From NCBI RefSeq assembly GCF_009914755.1, contig NC_060928.1: a stretch of DNA of 64,000 bases; one strand, written 5' to 3'. The notes under the pieces are model-generated. The model saw only the letters and a program-made list of their open reading frames with translations, had not been told where the DNA came from and ran no database searches. Of this stretch, positions 26,482 through 40,000 are shown one piece after another. Position 1 is the first letter of the stretch, and the number at the start of each line of letters is the position of its first letter. The position numbers and the translations under genes are program-made. This stretch comes from the human T2T-CHM13v2.0 reference genome, Homo sapiens.

Positions 26482-29400
26482 AGGGAGTTTGACTTCAAGG
26501 TGGCTGACTAGAGGCTCCCAGAACTTGCCTCCTCTGCAAAGAATGACCAAAACTGCAAGTGGATAACCACATATTGAACAGAGCTTCTAAGAAAGAACAT
26601 TGCAATTCAGCAAGGAAATGGCAAGAAGCCCCTGAGGCAGGAGAGGGAAGCAAAGCTGCCCAGCCAGAATCAGCTTAGATCCAGAAGGAACTCCCCATTG
26701 GGAAAAGGTGAGAGATCTCCAGTGGTCCACGGGCTAAAATTCTAGCCGTGAGAGCCCTTCAGGCCTTGTAGGCCCTGAGGTTAGTATAGCAAGCTGTCTA
26801 GAGTCCATGCAACAGGAGTGTTCCAGAGAGGGAGATCATGCTGAGTCCCACACATCCCTGGGACCCAAGAAGCTGAAGCATGGTGCCATTTTGTGAGCCC
26901 AGCCCTCACTAGACTATGTCCTGCCCTGGGGCCCAAAGCTCCTCCATCTCCACATCCCAGCAGCCCCACTGACATTCTCCCACATCAACTCAGAGGGCTG
27001 AAATGTAGCAAGGCTGGACCCAGCAATGTGGCTGGGTGCCTAGCACTCTATCTTATGCAATGTAGTACACTCAGGGAATGCGCAGTGCAGTGCACTGGAA
27101 AGGCTCCTATGGAACCAAAAAGGACAAAGCCTACACTTCCTAGAACCTGAGATCCATCTACCTAGGACCACTATCAGTAACACCAACCCTTGCCCTCACA
27201 AACAGCAGGACTGTTGTACAACTGCATGAACCTTGAGCAGTCCCAGGAACAAGCATGCCCAGGTGCAGTCCCAGGGCCTGAGAACAGACCCTCCCTACTC
27301 ACTGCCACCAATGCCCACATGTACCATCCAGGGTTCTGAGGACAGGTCTGCCTTGCCTACCAAACTGCTACTGGTATGTAAACATGCTAACTGGGAGCTT
27401 ATGGATTAACCCACCATGGATACCATTGCCAGTGCTCACATTCACCAGTGGGGGACCTGATAACTGGCCCACCCTGCTTGCCTCCAGCAGTACCCAAGCA
27501 TGCTATTTGGGATCCTGGGTATTGATCTGCCTGGTCCACCACTTCTGGTACCTGTGCTCACAATAGAGGGGCCTAAGGACATGCCTGCCTTACCTATCAC
27601 TGTTACTACAAGTGTCTGTGCATATTACCTGGGGGCCTGGTGATTGATCCACTCTGCCTATTGCTTCTAGTGCTCATGCATGCCTTCTATAGCAGTGGTC
27701 CCCAGCCTTTTTGGCACCAGGGACTGGTTTCATGGAAGACAATTTTTCCATGGACCAGGGGTGTGGGGAATAGTTTTGAGATAAATCAAGTGCATTACAT
27801 TTATCATTAGATTCTCATAAGGAGCACACAACTTAGATCCCTTAGATTGTGCTCAGTGCACAATAGGATTTGTGCTCCTATGAGGATCTAATGCTGCTGC
27901 TGATCTGACAGGAGGCAGAACTTAGCTTTACTCGCTCACCTACTGCTCATCTCTTGCTGTATGGTTCAGTTCCTAACAGACTAACACTAGTCCATTGCCT
28001 GGGGGTTGGGGGACCCTGTTCTACAGGCATGAGGATGGGCCTCCCATGCCTGCTGCCACTGTACATATGCACTATCCAGGGGTTTGGGGATAGTAGACCA
28101 TGCCCACCATTGCCACTGCTGATGTGCAAGCACACCACTTGGGGGCAGAGGGTTGGGACAGAAACACTACTACCACTGCCAAAACTAAACACATTGCCCA
28201 GAAGCCTGAGAAACCTCCCACTGGCCTTGCCCACTGCTGTCACCACCAACATGTGAGAACACCATCTGGAGGTCGAGGAATTGGCCTACTGGGATCCTCT
28301 ACCCCAATGCCTGTGTACACTGCCTGGGGGCCTGAGGACCAGAACGCCTCGTGTCCCTATTCCCAGCAAAGCCTTGCCACAGATTCCACTGAAATTATAA
28401 AACTCCTGGAAGAAAACACAGGGAAAATGCTTCAGGACATTGGGGTAGGCAAGGATTTAACGGCTAAGACTTCAAAGCATAGGAAATGAAAACAAAAATA
28501 GAAAAAGGCAATATATTAAGTTGAAAAGCTTCTGTATAGCAAAGGAAACAGTCAACAAAGAACCAGTAGAATGGGAGAAAATATTTGAAAACTATTCATC
28601 TTAGAAGGGACTAATATTCAGGATATATAAGGAACATAAATAGCTTGATAGCAATAATAATAATAATGGGCAAAGGATTTGAATAGACATTTCTTCAAAG
28701 CAGATACACAAATTGACCAATTGGTGTATGAAAAAATTCTCATTACCAATAATCAGTGAAATGTAAGTCAAAGCTTGTAAGATGAGACATCATCTTACTC
28801 CAGTTAGAATAGCTATTATCAGAAAGATAATACCATAACAAATGCTGATAAAGATGCAGAAAAAGAAAACTCATACATCCATGGTAGGAATGTAAATTAG
28901 TACAATCATTATGGAAAACAGTATGGATATTTCTTAAAAACTAACAATAGCACTATCATACAATTCAGCAATCTTGCTCCTGGATATAGAACCAAAGAAA
29001 ACGAAATCAGTATATCAAAAGGATAAAGAGCACCTGCACCCCCATGTTTATGGTAGCATTAGTCATAAGGGCCAAGATATGGAATCGACCTTAGTGTCTA
29101 TCAATGGATGAAAGGATAAAGAACATGTGGTATCATGATATACAATGGAACATTATTCAGCCACAAAAATGAAATCTTGCCATTTTTAGCAATGTGGATG
29201 GAACAAGAGGTCATGTTAAGTGAAACAGACTAATAGACCAGGCACAGAAAGACAAATATCACGTGTTTCCACTCACATGTGGGAGATATAAAAGCTGATC
29301 TCATGGAGGTAGAGAGTAGAACGCTAGTAACCAGAGGCTGGGAAGTAATGGGGAGAATTGAGTGAGGTTTGTTAATGGGCTACAAGCATACTGTTAGCTC

Positions 29401-29640
29401 AAAGGAATAAGTTCTATTGTTTGACGGTACAGTAGGGTGACAATAATTTATTGTATACTTCAAATTAGATACAAGTTTTTAAATGATACCAACACAAAAA
29501 ATTATAAACATTTGAGATTATAGAGATCTTGAATACCCATATTTGATCATTACACATTGTATGCATATTTTAAAATATCACATGTATTCCATAAATATGT
29601 ACAATTATTAGGTATCAATAGAATATAGGAAAAAAAACAA
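26482..29640 (+). mobile_element. L1MA-type LINE with 5' UTR joined directly to late ORF2/3' UTR (internal deletion)
   Basis: Starts gacttcaaggtggctgactagagg (L1M 5' end) and runs through a GC-rich repetitive 5' UTR. Near 28390 it switches to ORF2 (EIIKLLEENTG), then an L1MA4-6-like 3' UTR and A-tail. Confidence 0.8.
27693..28018 (-). mobile_element. MER1B hAT-Charlie MITE
   Basis: TIRs CAGTGGTCCCC...GGGGACCCTG, 8-bp TSD TTCTATAG/TTCTACAG. Confidence 0.92.
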
Positions 29641-30010
29641 ACTCTAGAGACTAGCTTTGTTGAGCTTCCCTGGTTTGTAATACTATGTGCATGTTTTCAC
29701 ACATCGATACAGGAAAAATAATATTGTTATAATTCCATGCGAAGGGAACATTAGAAGCACCTCATTTGGTACTTTCTGAATTCCACTGTATACCCTTAAA
29801 CTTGTCCCATTTTAACCTGTATTTTGCCCTATGCCCTTAAGATTGTCTAATTTTAATTAATTACTTGTCCTTGTAATAAACCATAATCACGAGCACACAG
29901 TTTTCAGTAAATTCTCTGAATCTTTCTAGTGAATTCCCCAAAATGAAGGTGGTTTTTCAACCTCTGAACTTTCACTTGGTGTCAGGAGTGAGGGCAGTTT
30001 TGTGGATATT
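29641..30010 (+). mobile_element. MER21C-like LTR, 3' part
   Basis: gagcttccctggtttgtaatact...gtaataaaccataatc...ttggtgtcaggagtgaggg. Confidence 0.72.
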
Positions 30011-30559
30011 TTATGTCCACAAATAAAATATATTTTATATTTTATATGTACATAGCTTCTTTAAAACTTACAGACATGACTTCATTACTGATAAAAACCC
30101 AGATGAAAATGTTAATGTGATTATTTAATGTACAGCTGATTCTGACATTTATTAAAATCTTTTCATTCAATACTATAAAATACTTGAGCATCTGTGGTTT
30201 GAGGTTCATTCAAGAAATCTGAACTCTTCTGAAGAGTATTTTTTTCTGATATTCATACTGGATAAACTAATATTTAGTTTGTCAATATACTCACAGATTT
30301 TTTTCACAGTGAAGGAGATGAAGTCTTCATAGATGAAAACGTGAAGACTACATTACTCGCAGTTGTCATAAAGATATGTCAGTTTTCACCTGCAAGTCTT
30401 CTGTAGGAAATACTGATCTGGGTAAATTAACTTGATTACTAGTCTATCAATATTACTATAATAAAGGTCTGCTGTGGTTACCATGCTAAAGACTCAAGCC
30501 AAGTTCAATTAAATCAGGTTAGCCTAAAATTCATATTTTATTTGTTACCATAGCTTGGT

Positions 30560-30690
30560 GATATGTTTTTTTGAAGATGAGGAAACTGAGACCTGAGAAT
30601 ATAAAGTGACTCATCCAGATTACAAAGCTGGTAAGTGTCAGATGCATATTTACGCTACACCTATGCTCAAAGTGGTCTTTCTACTACAGT
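30560..30690 (-). mobile_element. MIR SINE
   Basis: agatgaggaaactgagacctgaga...aagtgactcatccagattacaaagctggtaagtg. Confidence 0.75.
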
Positions 30691-30726
30691 ACAATAGCCA
30701 TAAATATAGGACTTTCATCTATGTAC

Positions 30727-30754
30727 CTATCTATCTATCTATCTATCTATCTAT
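30727..30754. repeat. (CTAT)7 tetranucleotide repeat
   Basis: Read directly. Confidence 0.9.
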
Positions 30755-31221
30755 ATATTTTATCTAACATGTGGAGATAAAAAGTAGGTAAATGATACAA
30801 TACTTTGGATAGTCATTTATGCAAAACAAAACTGAAAATAGTAGAAGCAAAGAAGTGCTGAAATGTGGGGCCCCAAATAGTTTTATAATAACTCTGAAAA
30901 GGTAAAGACAATTTGTGGTCCTTAAGAAGTACATCTATCTAATCTGTCTATCTTTTTTTTTATTATCTATCTATCTTCCACAGTAGTTGGTATTGTAAAA
31001 ATGAACCTAAATGTTGAAACAATAAAAATCTATCTTAGTAACCAATGGGAAAATTACCATTATTTCATGATCTTTAACTTTATTAAAAATTTTAAAACTT
31101 TCTTACAGTTGGTTATAAATGTATAGGAAAATAAAAAAAAAGTAAACGAATATTTAGTACACTAATTTAAAACATTAGAAACGTCAAGCTTTATTTTATT
31201 TTGTTATGAAAATGTATCACG

Positions 31222-31812
31222 ATAATAAGTGTTGCTGAGGAGATAGAGAAATTGGCACCTTCATAAATCCCTGGTGGGAATGTAAAATGGTGAAATTGCT
31301 TTGTAAGTTAGTTTGTCAGTTCCTCAGTAAGTTAAACATAGAGTTAATGAATGGCTAATCAATTCTATGCATAAATATATATAATTCCATATATAGAGAG
31401 ATTCCATATATATATTTCATGCAATGGAATATTATTCAGCCATAAAAAAGAATGAAGTCTTGATAAAATGCTACAACATGGGTGAACCTTAAAAACATTA
31501 TGCTACATGAAAGAAGACAGTTACTAAAGGCACATATTATATAATTCCATTTCATTAAATGACCAGAATAGACAAATCTATACAGAAAACAGATTAGTGG
31601 TTACCTGACAGGTAACAATTGAGAGGAAATGAGGAGTGATTGTTAATAGATACAGGGTTTATTTTTGGGGTGATGAAAATGTTCTAAAATCGATTGTGGT
31701 GCTGGTTCCATAACTCTGTGAACATGCTAAAAATCACTGAATTGTACACTTAAAATTGTAAAATATATGGTATATGAATTATATCTCAATAAATTTGCTA
31801 TAAAAATAGAAA
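31222..31812 (+). mobile_element. L1MB-type LINE 3' end
   Basis: ctggtgggaatgtaaaatggtg...ggggtgatgaaaatgttcta...gaattatatctcaataaa. Confidence 0.85.
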
Positions 31813-31967
31813 AATGCACACACACATAGGCACACATACACACACATAGAAGCCACCATTTTTATAAAAGGTGTAAGTGGATGGAGTCATGCAGGGAAAT
31901 TTAGATCGATGATGCTAGATACAAATAAAGAGGAGAATTAAAAAGGAGCCTCTAGAGCCCTTAGGGC

Positions 31968-32112
31968 ATTATTATTTGCCCAATTTTACAGGTGAGGAAA
32001 CCGAGCTCTATACAAATGTAAGAATATATAGCTAGTATAATATGGAGCCCAGATTCCAACCCAGAAAGTTTGATAGCAGAGCTGGAGCCCTTAGCTGCTA
32101 CACTACTCTGCC
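31968..32112 (-). mobile_element. MIR SINE
   Basis: cccaattttacaggtgaggaaaccgag...ggagcccagattccaacccag. Confidence 0.75.
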
Positions 32113-33463
32113 TCCCAGAAATGTGTCTCTGCTCTAAGGTAAAGGCAGGGTGGAGAACATTCATAGCTCAGAACATTTAGGTAAGAGCACTCTTTCTTCC
32201 TCGTGCCAAATTCTCAGAGCTCATCAGAAAGCACTCATCACAGCCTACTATCTGTTGAACAGACATGATAGACATCTTTGTTTCTGTAATTTTTACAGCA
32301 AAATGTAGGACAAAGCAATCTCTTTGAAAATATTCAGGATACAGCTTTTCTCCTTCAAGGAAAAACAAAGTGATGTCTGCTGACAAGAATATTCAGCTGA
32401 AAATGATCTCATAGAAGGCTCTGTCACACAGCTATAGTGGTTATTTTTGCCCATATAGTGGTTACACGCCCATCAGCTGGAATTAGTGTCTACTCTTATT
32501 TACCTTTGTTATTTTATTCTTTAAAATTTCTCAGTTACATCTTCAACAAAGTTTTATTTTATTTGACAATCTGTCATTATAGCATCTTTGGAAATTTATC
32601 AATATTTTATATCAGAAATTTTAAATCATAGTTTACATTCAGAAGCATGGAATATATATAATCAATTAATGAAATGTATTGAATTTATAGAACTGCTTTC
32701 AGAAATGTCCCTAAGAAAATCCTCTCCAAATTTTTTAAAGCCATGCAGCTTCATATGTTTTTATGGGGAACACTTAAATAAAAGCAACATGAAAAGTTCA
32801 AATCAATTTATATGACAATGAAGCATGAGCATTTATCATTTGCATAATAAAGTATAACCTGTCTCTACAAAAAATAAAAATTAAAAAATACACTGCTAAA
32901 GCATGAAGTGAAGAAAGTCAAATTTAAACACACACCCATAAAATCTTTTAATTTGCTCTCTTTCCCTTTACTTTCTGATATGTCTAAAAAATTATCTCAG
33001 GACAGTTTTAAAAAGTTGACTGAGATTATTATCAGGGAATAATAAATAATGAATAGCAGGCAGTCACGTGACTCCAAACACTAGGTACAAGAAGTCTTAT
33101 TTCTAATAAACTGAATTTCTAATATTCTTCCAAGAAAGATTTGCCACATTAGCTCAAGAGACACATACTTATGTTTATATTTATTTCAATCATTGGAGAA
33201 CTCACTCTCTCTGGCTTTTAGAAAATATGAAATGTAAGTTATACTATTTGTTTATATTGTGGAAATAATTCATAAATGATCATCACCCTGTACTCCCTAC
33301 CACATTGCCTGACATCAATCAGCTGACCCACCCTGGAGCTGCCACAGCAGCTTAGTGCATGTGTCAAGTACCTCCAGGTTGCTAAGGAGCTGCAGAGACA
33401 GAAGGTGAAGACTGGAGGAGGGACAGGCTAGTTAGTGCAATGTCAGCCACTCTTGCCATATTG

Positions 33464-33483
33464 CCTGGTGACCTCTAGTGTCT
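33464..33483 (-). promoter_or_regulatory. Candidate CTCF site
   Basis: Minus strand reads ACACTAGAGGTCAC, a 12/14 match to CCRSYAGRKGGCRS, inside a unique GC-richer patch. Confidence 0.4.
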
Positions 33484-33934
33484 TTGTGAGATGAAAGAAA
33501 AAGCCATACATCAGAATAAATTTTGTTTATTAGGAAAGCAGAAGGATATTATAAGAATATTTATCCCTATTAGGGAGATTTCAAAAATACAGCTAGATAT
33601 CACATATATTTAATAGTTACTTATTCATTAATTTAGTAAATATCATTGAATTCATTGAAATAAGTATACTTTTTTTTTACATTTTTACCTTTGCAGTCAT
33701 GTACTTTTGCCTAAGAAAAACAAAATCACTAAAAAAATAGTATATGTGAGCCTGTAATTAATTGAAGGAAGTGTCTGTTTGAGCTGGACTGCTTTGCTTA
33801 GGGATGGAAAAAAATAACTTCAGAAAGCTGAAGTGATTTGCTCAGAGTAGCAGAGCTAAAAATGGAAACAGCTAAATAAAATGTCTCTATTTTAAATTCA
33901 TTGCTTGTTCAGGTTTAACATACTAAGTATCTCT

Positions 33935-34260
33935 TTTGGGATTTCGAGGAAAGTTCCTGCAAACAAAGTAGACTTGATCTGGACTGTGAACATTGGGTTG
34001 ACTTTGTAAGCAAGAAAGAGAAAGAAATATCTACCAGGCAAGGAATGGCATGAGCAAAAGCATGAGAGGTTTAGCATGTGTACACTACACTAAAAGAATG
34101 AGACAGAGAGCTCTGTGGGGGTAAATAGAAATAAGCTGGCAAGAAAAAGGAGAGAAAGGTCCAGAGAGATTAAACCAAGATGTCAGAGGGAGAAATCCAG
34201 AAAGCTTTTTGGAAAAACGAATCTTTGATAGAACTGGGGTGAGAATTTGGGTTTTATAAG
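33935..34260 (-). mobile_element. L2 LINE fragment
   Basis: ccaggcaaggaatggcatgagcaaaagcatgag is typical antisense L2. Confidence 0.5.
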
Positions 34261-34271
34261 GTTAATACCTA

Positions 34272-34580
<309 letters not shown>

Positions 34581-35169
34581 TACCTAAAGATCATAAAGAA
34601 GGCATAATTTATTTTCTTTTTCCACTATCACCCAAGATACTCATCATTCTATCATGCATGATTTTAGAACACAAAAGTTATCAATTTATGACCCATCCAT
34701 TTTGGCCATAGACATAAAAAACTGACCCTACTCAAAAAGTACTCTCATCATACAAGAAAACAAATGATTCTTTGTTTATTGCCTGCACTCTAGAAATGTG
34801 GAGAAATATATTTTACAGAGTGATATGTCATATTTTATTTACACATCATGAATGCACACATAGTAAAGAGTGAGGAATTCAATTAGTCATTGATCTCTAC
34901 AAGTAACTGGTTTGCATAAAAGGTACTAATGAAAAAATTACTTTTAAATTTAAAACACCAATTTTTTTGGTAAAGGATGCTACTTGTAATATCTGAGTGT
35001 CAGTAAATATAAGTGGAATGGAGAATCACTGCCTATCCTTGAGTCTTTTTATAGATGTGACCGATATGAAGAAAATGAAAAAGAAGCTATAGGAATTATT
35101 TCTAGATCTTTCCTTGGATCATCAATTCCATCTTGAGAAATAATAAATAGTTTTAATATTGGCTTTTCT

Positions 35170-36288
35170 TAGAGCCCACATAGCCAAAGCAAGACTAAGC
35201 AAAAATAATAAATCTGGAGGTATCACAATACCTGATTTCAAACTATACCATAAGGCCATAGTCACCAAAACAGCATAGTACTGGTATAGAAATAGGCACA
35301 TAGGCCAATGGAGCAGAATAGAGAACGCAGAAATAAATCCAAATACTTACAGCCAACTGATCTTTGAAAAAGCAAACAAAAGCATAAAGTGGGGAAAGGA
35401 CACCTTATTCAACAAATGGTGCTGAGATAACTGGCAAGCCACATGTAGGAGAATGAAAGTGAATCCTCATCTCTCACCTTATACAACAATCAACTCAACA
35501 TGGATCAAGGACTTAAATCTAAGACCTGAAACTATAAAAATTCTAGAAGATAGCATTGGAAAACCCCTTCTAGACATTGGTTTAGGCAAGGACTTCATGA
35601 CCCGGAACCCAAATGCAAATGCAATAAAAACAAAAATAAATACCTGGGACTTAATTAAACTAAAGAGCTTTTGCAGGGCAAAGGGAACAGTCAGCAGAGT
35701 AAACAGACAATCCACAAAGTGGGAGAAAATCTTCATAATCTATACATCTGACAAAGGACCAATATTCAGAATCCACAATGAACTCAAACAAATTAGCAAG
35801 AAAAAACCAATCCCATCAAAAAGTGGGCTAATGACATGAATAGACAATTCTCAAAAGAAGATATATAAATGGCCAAAAAACATGAAAAAATGCTCAGCAT
35901 CGCTAATGATCAGGGAAATGCAAATCAAAACCCCCTTACTCCTGAAAGAATAGTCATAATCAAGCAATCAAAAAATAATAGATGTTGGCATGGATGCGGT
36001 GAACAAGGAACACTTCTACATTGCTGGTGGGAATGTAAACTAGTACAACCACTACGAGAAACGGTGTGGATATTCCTTAAAGAACTAAAAGTAGGACTAC
36101 CATTTGATCAAGCAATCCCACTACTGGGTATCTACCCAGAGGAAAAGAAGTCATTATACGAAAAAGATACTTGCACATGCATGTTTATAGCAGCACAATT
36201 TGCAATTGCAAAAATTTGGAACTAACCCAAATGCCCATTAATCACCGAGTGGATAAAGAAACTGTGAGATATATAGATATAGATATAG

Positions 36289-36322
<34 letters not shown>

Positions 36323-36822
36323 TATTTTCCATCATATATGTATTCCATCATATATATCTGTATATCATATATAGATATATATCATATTTACAGATATATA
36401 TGTCATATGTAGATATATATATCATATGTATCATATATAGATATAAATATGATGGAATACTACTCAGATATAAAATAGGAATGAATTAATAGCATTCACA
36501 GCAACCTGGATGAGATCGGAGACTATTATTCTAAGTAAAGTAACTCAAGATTGGAAAACCAAAACGTCGTATGTTCTCATTCATAAGTGGGAGTTAAGCT
36601 ATGAGGATGCAAAGGCATAAGAATGACACAATCGACTTTGGGGACTCAGGGGGATAGGGTGGGAAGGGGGTGAAGAATAAAAGATTATAAATTGGGTGCA
36701 GTGTATATTGCCTGTGTGATGGGTACACCAAAGTCTCACAAATCACCACTAAAGAACTTACTCATATAACCAGACACCACCTGTTCCCCAATAACCTATG
36801 GAAATAAAAAATAAAAAAAAAA
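35170..36822 (+). mobile_element. L1PB1-like LINE, 5'-truncated
   Basis: ORF2 peptides ([26 protein letters not shown]), L1PB 3' UTR (gctatgaggatgcaaaggcataagaatga), A-tail. Confidence 0.92.
36267..36452. repeat. (TA)n / (TATAGA)n low-complexity tract inside L1PB
   Basis: About 185 bp of TA-rich repeats. Confidence 0.9.
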
Positions 36823-36919
36823 GTCTTATGAAACTCTACTTACAAAAGCGATGTGGAAAATACAGTTGTCCTTTAAATCATTCTTTTAATTAACTATTGA
36901 GGAAAAAGAAAAGAGAACA

Positions 36920-37005
36920 TAGATTCTGGAATGTTAAAACTAGGGAGAACTATAGAAATCATCTAATTTATCCTCAATATATTCTAGATAAAGAAAGAGA
37001 AGCTT
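36920..37005 (-). mobile_element. MIR/MIR3 fragment
   Basis: gaatgttaaaactaggga...tagaaatcatctaat. Confidence 0.45.
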
Positions 37006-40000
37006 ACATAAAACTCCTACATTTATGAACAGAAAATAAATTATGGTAGTTTACATTAGCCCCTTTTCATAAACAGGTATGTGTATATTCTTAAAACTGA
37101 AAGGACTATTTTTTTTTATCAGTCAGTAAACTGAAAGCATCTAAAATATGCAGTATAATTTTATTGACCCATGTTAATATGAATTATATTGTTGACATCA
37201 ACAAAAGGTTAATCAACACTTTTTTTACTTCGTCAACAGTTGGGAAAAGCCAAAGCTAATTGATAGTATTTTAAGACTGCTGCTGCTTTCTTCCTTTTAA
37301 GGAAATGTACTTAACAAAAGTTTGCTTAACATTGAATGCATTGTTCCTGGAGCAATTAACTTCTTACATTTGGGATGCCTTAAGTAAAAATAAAAGAATC
37401 ATTAGATGGAATATTAACTGGTGGAAAGAACAGACCCATTAAATAAAGACATGTGCTGCCAGGTTAAAATTAAAAGAGAGTAGATGACATACATAGTACT
37501 AAGAGAAGGTTGAATATAGTATTTTTACAAGTGTAAAGTTATTTACAAGAAGTTGATATTCCTTCTTGAAGAATAGAGTCAAGGGTTTTTTTTTTTGTTA
37601 CTGTTTCTATCGCTATTCCTCCTTCCACCTTATTTATCTGAGAACTCAGTGGAGTATGAATAACTAGACTATTTTTTCTTGAGTTTCCTCCTCCTCATAA
37701 GCTCAAATGGAAAAGCTGCTTCTCACGACCTCTAAGAATATTATAGCTGGATGTTGAATCAATTACAAATCATAATTCTGTGCCTATTACATGACTTTAA
37801 TGTCCAGGAATATGTTTTAACTATCTTTCTAATAAATGTCTTAGCTATATAAATATAAGTAAGAACTTATACACTATATCACCAAGAAAAAGTCAACAGT
37901 CTCACAATGTGGGTATAATTCTTCCTTCCGTATTGCTTCTTTATACGTTCTCCCACTTCATCCATTGTCCTCAATTTATATAGGTTTGTATTTTTTCTTT
38001 CTCTTCAACATCTCATTGAACACTTATTGAGTCCCTTCTCTGTTCTGGACATAGGGCTTATTCCGTTACCAACTTTCTCATTCTACCTTTAAATAAGAAT
38101 TTCCCCTCAAATCTTGTTCTTAGCTCTTTTCTTTCTCACCGTGTTTTTAAACTCCTCATTTCCTTCCATGCCTTCCAATATAATTTCCACAATAATTACT
38201 TCTGCACTCTTTATGGAGAGCCCTGATTGGTTAACAAACTTTTTTTTCTTAGACTGCTTATCCTTTACTTTAAACTCACCAATCTATAACGAAATTTCTA
38301 ATCACTGATTCTGCTCTATCCTATAGCAGATGCAGCTCCAGGGAATGAGACTCTGAGGTCTGCACCTAACAAGACCTGGGGACACACCCAGTTTTGTCAT
38401 AGGTCAGCTGTGAGATATTGGACAAGTTTCTTACATGTAGGAAAGTTTCTGACCTTTTCTAACACTAATTTTTCCTAGTATCATGGGTATAATAGAGGTA
38501 CCTCCTCAGGTTTAGCATGGGTAGAAGGAGCGTTCAGAGAGTTAGACGTGAATAAGGAAGTGCAGGCAAATAAAAGCAAAGTGAGGAGACTGCCCCAAGA
38601 TTTGGATGAGTTGCAAAAACAAGCACCAAAGAAAAATCTTGGTGTGAGGGCATTGGGAAAAGAATTGAATCTGACACAACAGCTTTGGCAACCTTTGAAA
38701 GAAGAGTTTATTTTCTCTATGCTTGGTAGAATTGTGCCTGCTATTTGCATGGAATCTTTATTTTGGTTGATGGCCCAGCTGCATATTTCATTCATATCTC
38801 TTTAAAAAATAATTTGAGTTGTAAAACAAAAGAGGAAATTCACTCTTTTATATCCCTGTTTTTATACATACCAATGCCATTATGTAATGTAGAAAACCTG
38901 ACAATATTGCATACTCATAGATATATTTTGCCCATATTGTGATTCATATTTTGTGTTTGTGTATTTTAATCTAACTCGTTAATATTTTTCATCTATAAAG
39001 CTAGAAGCTTTTTTTGACTTGTTTAGAAAAGGTAAATGAATTTATTTATTCCATCAAAATGTTACACCATCCAGTATTTTCTTGGGAAATGTTCTTACAC
39101 CAAAATTGAATGAGAAGAAAAAAGCGTCACATTCACTCAGAATTAATTTAAATTTTACTTCATAATTCAAAATTTTACTTCAAAATTATTTGTGAAATAA
39201 AAATATTTTCCAAGGTACATAAAGAGCTGATAAAATCATTCTGTATTTCAACTTTATCTGGAAACCACTGATATGTACAGAAAAGAGAAATGCACAGGAA
39301 ATATATATATATGTATTTATGGTTAATATTTGCCCATCGAATTTTTTGAATTAGTTATGATATTTAAACTAATATGAAAGCATACAACATGGTGCATTGC
39401 TACACTGCCACACTGTGAAATAGGACAGGGAATATTTTCCTGCTTCATTATCCAATCACCTGATGCCCTTTAATTAATTAATTTTATGTGCCTAACATTT
39501 AAAAAGGATAATTTTTTAGTGATTTTTAAGCATTTATCTGTTTAATTCTAGAACTACAAACACATTTCCATTGTCATATAACTTACTTTTTCATCCTAGT
39601 ATTCGTTTTGAGTTTCACGAATAATCATATCAAATGGGCAGCAATCTGACTAGCCTGTCATGTATGGTTTATTCTCCAATTTTAAAAAACATACATTATC
39701 AAAATGTTTTAATATTATCGATCTATTTCTTTTTTTTTGCCACGTCCATTTATTTGTTCTCAATTTTCTCTGACTTCTGTAAAATTTTTTTTGGTCAGGG
39801 AGGAATGTTGGGCTAGATGATTTCTAAGGTCTCTTTTGGTTTTGATATTTTATTGCTCTACACAGTTTGGTTTTTGCATTAAGAAGTAATTCACTTGCTT
39901 TTACTTAATTCAGCTTTTTCTTCTATAACGTAGAACATTTCCTTTCCAAAGACCTAACAGATCACTGGTGATTTATATTTTGGACTACAACCACCTTGTA

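Noticed and set aside
26781-28489. GC-rich region with several overlapping ORFs, possible promoter or CpG island
   Set aside because: CpG-depleted and explained by an old L1 5' UTR with internal repeats plus MER1B.
32857-32890. cctgtctctacaaaaaataaaaatt, resembling the end of an Alu monomer
   Set aside because: Too short and no clear TSD, so I cannot support an element call.
38481-38942. Overlapping 104-aa and 85-aa ORFs in purine-rich sequence
   Set aside because: No recognisable domain and no convincing splice sites. The lengths are expected by chance and the region adjoins a MIR-like fragment.
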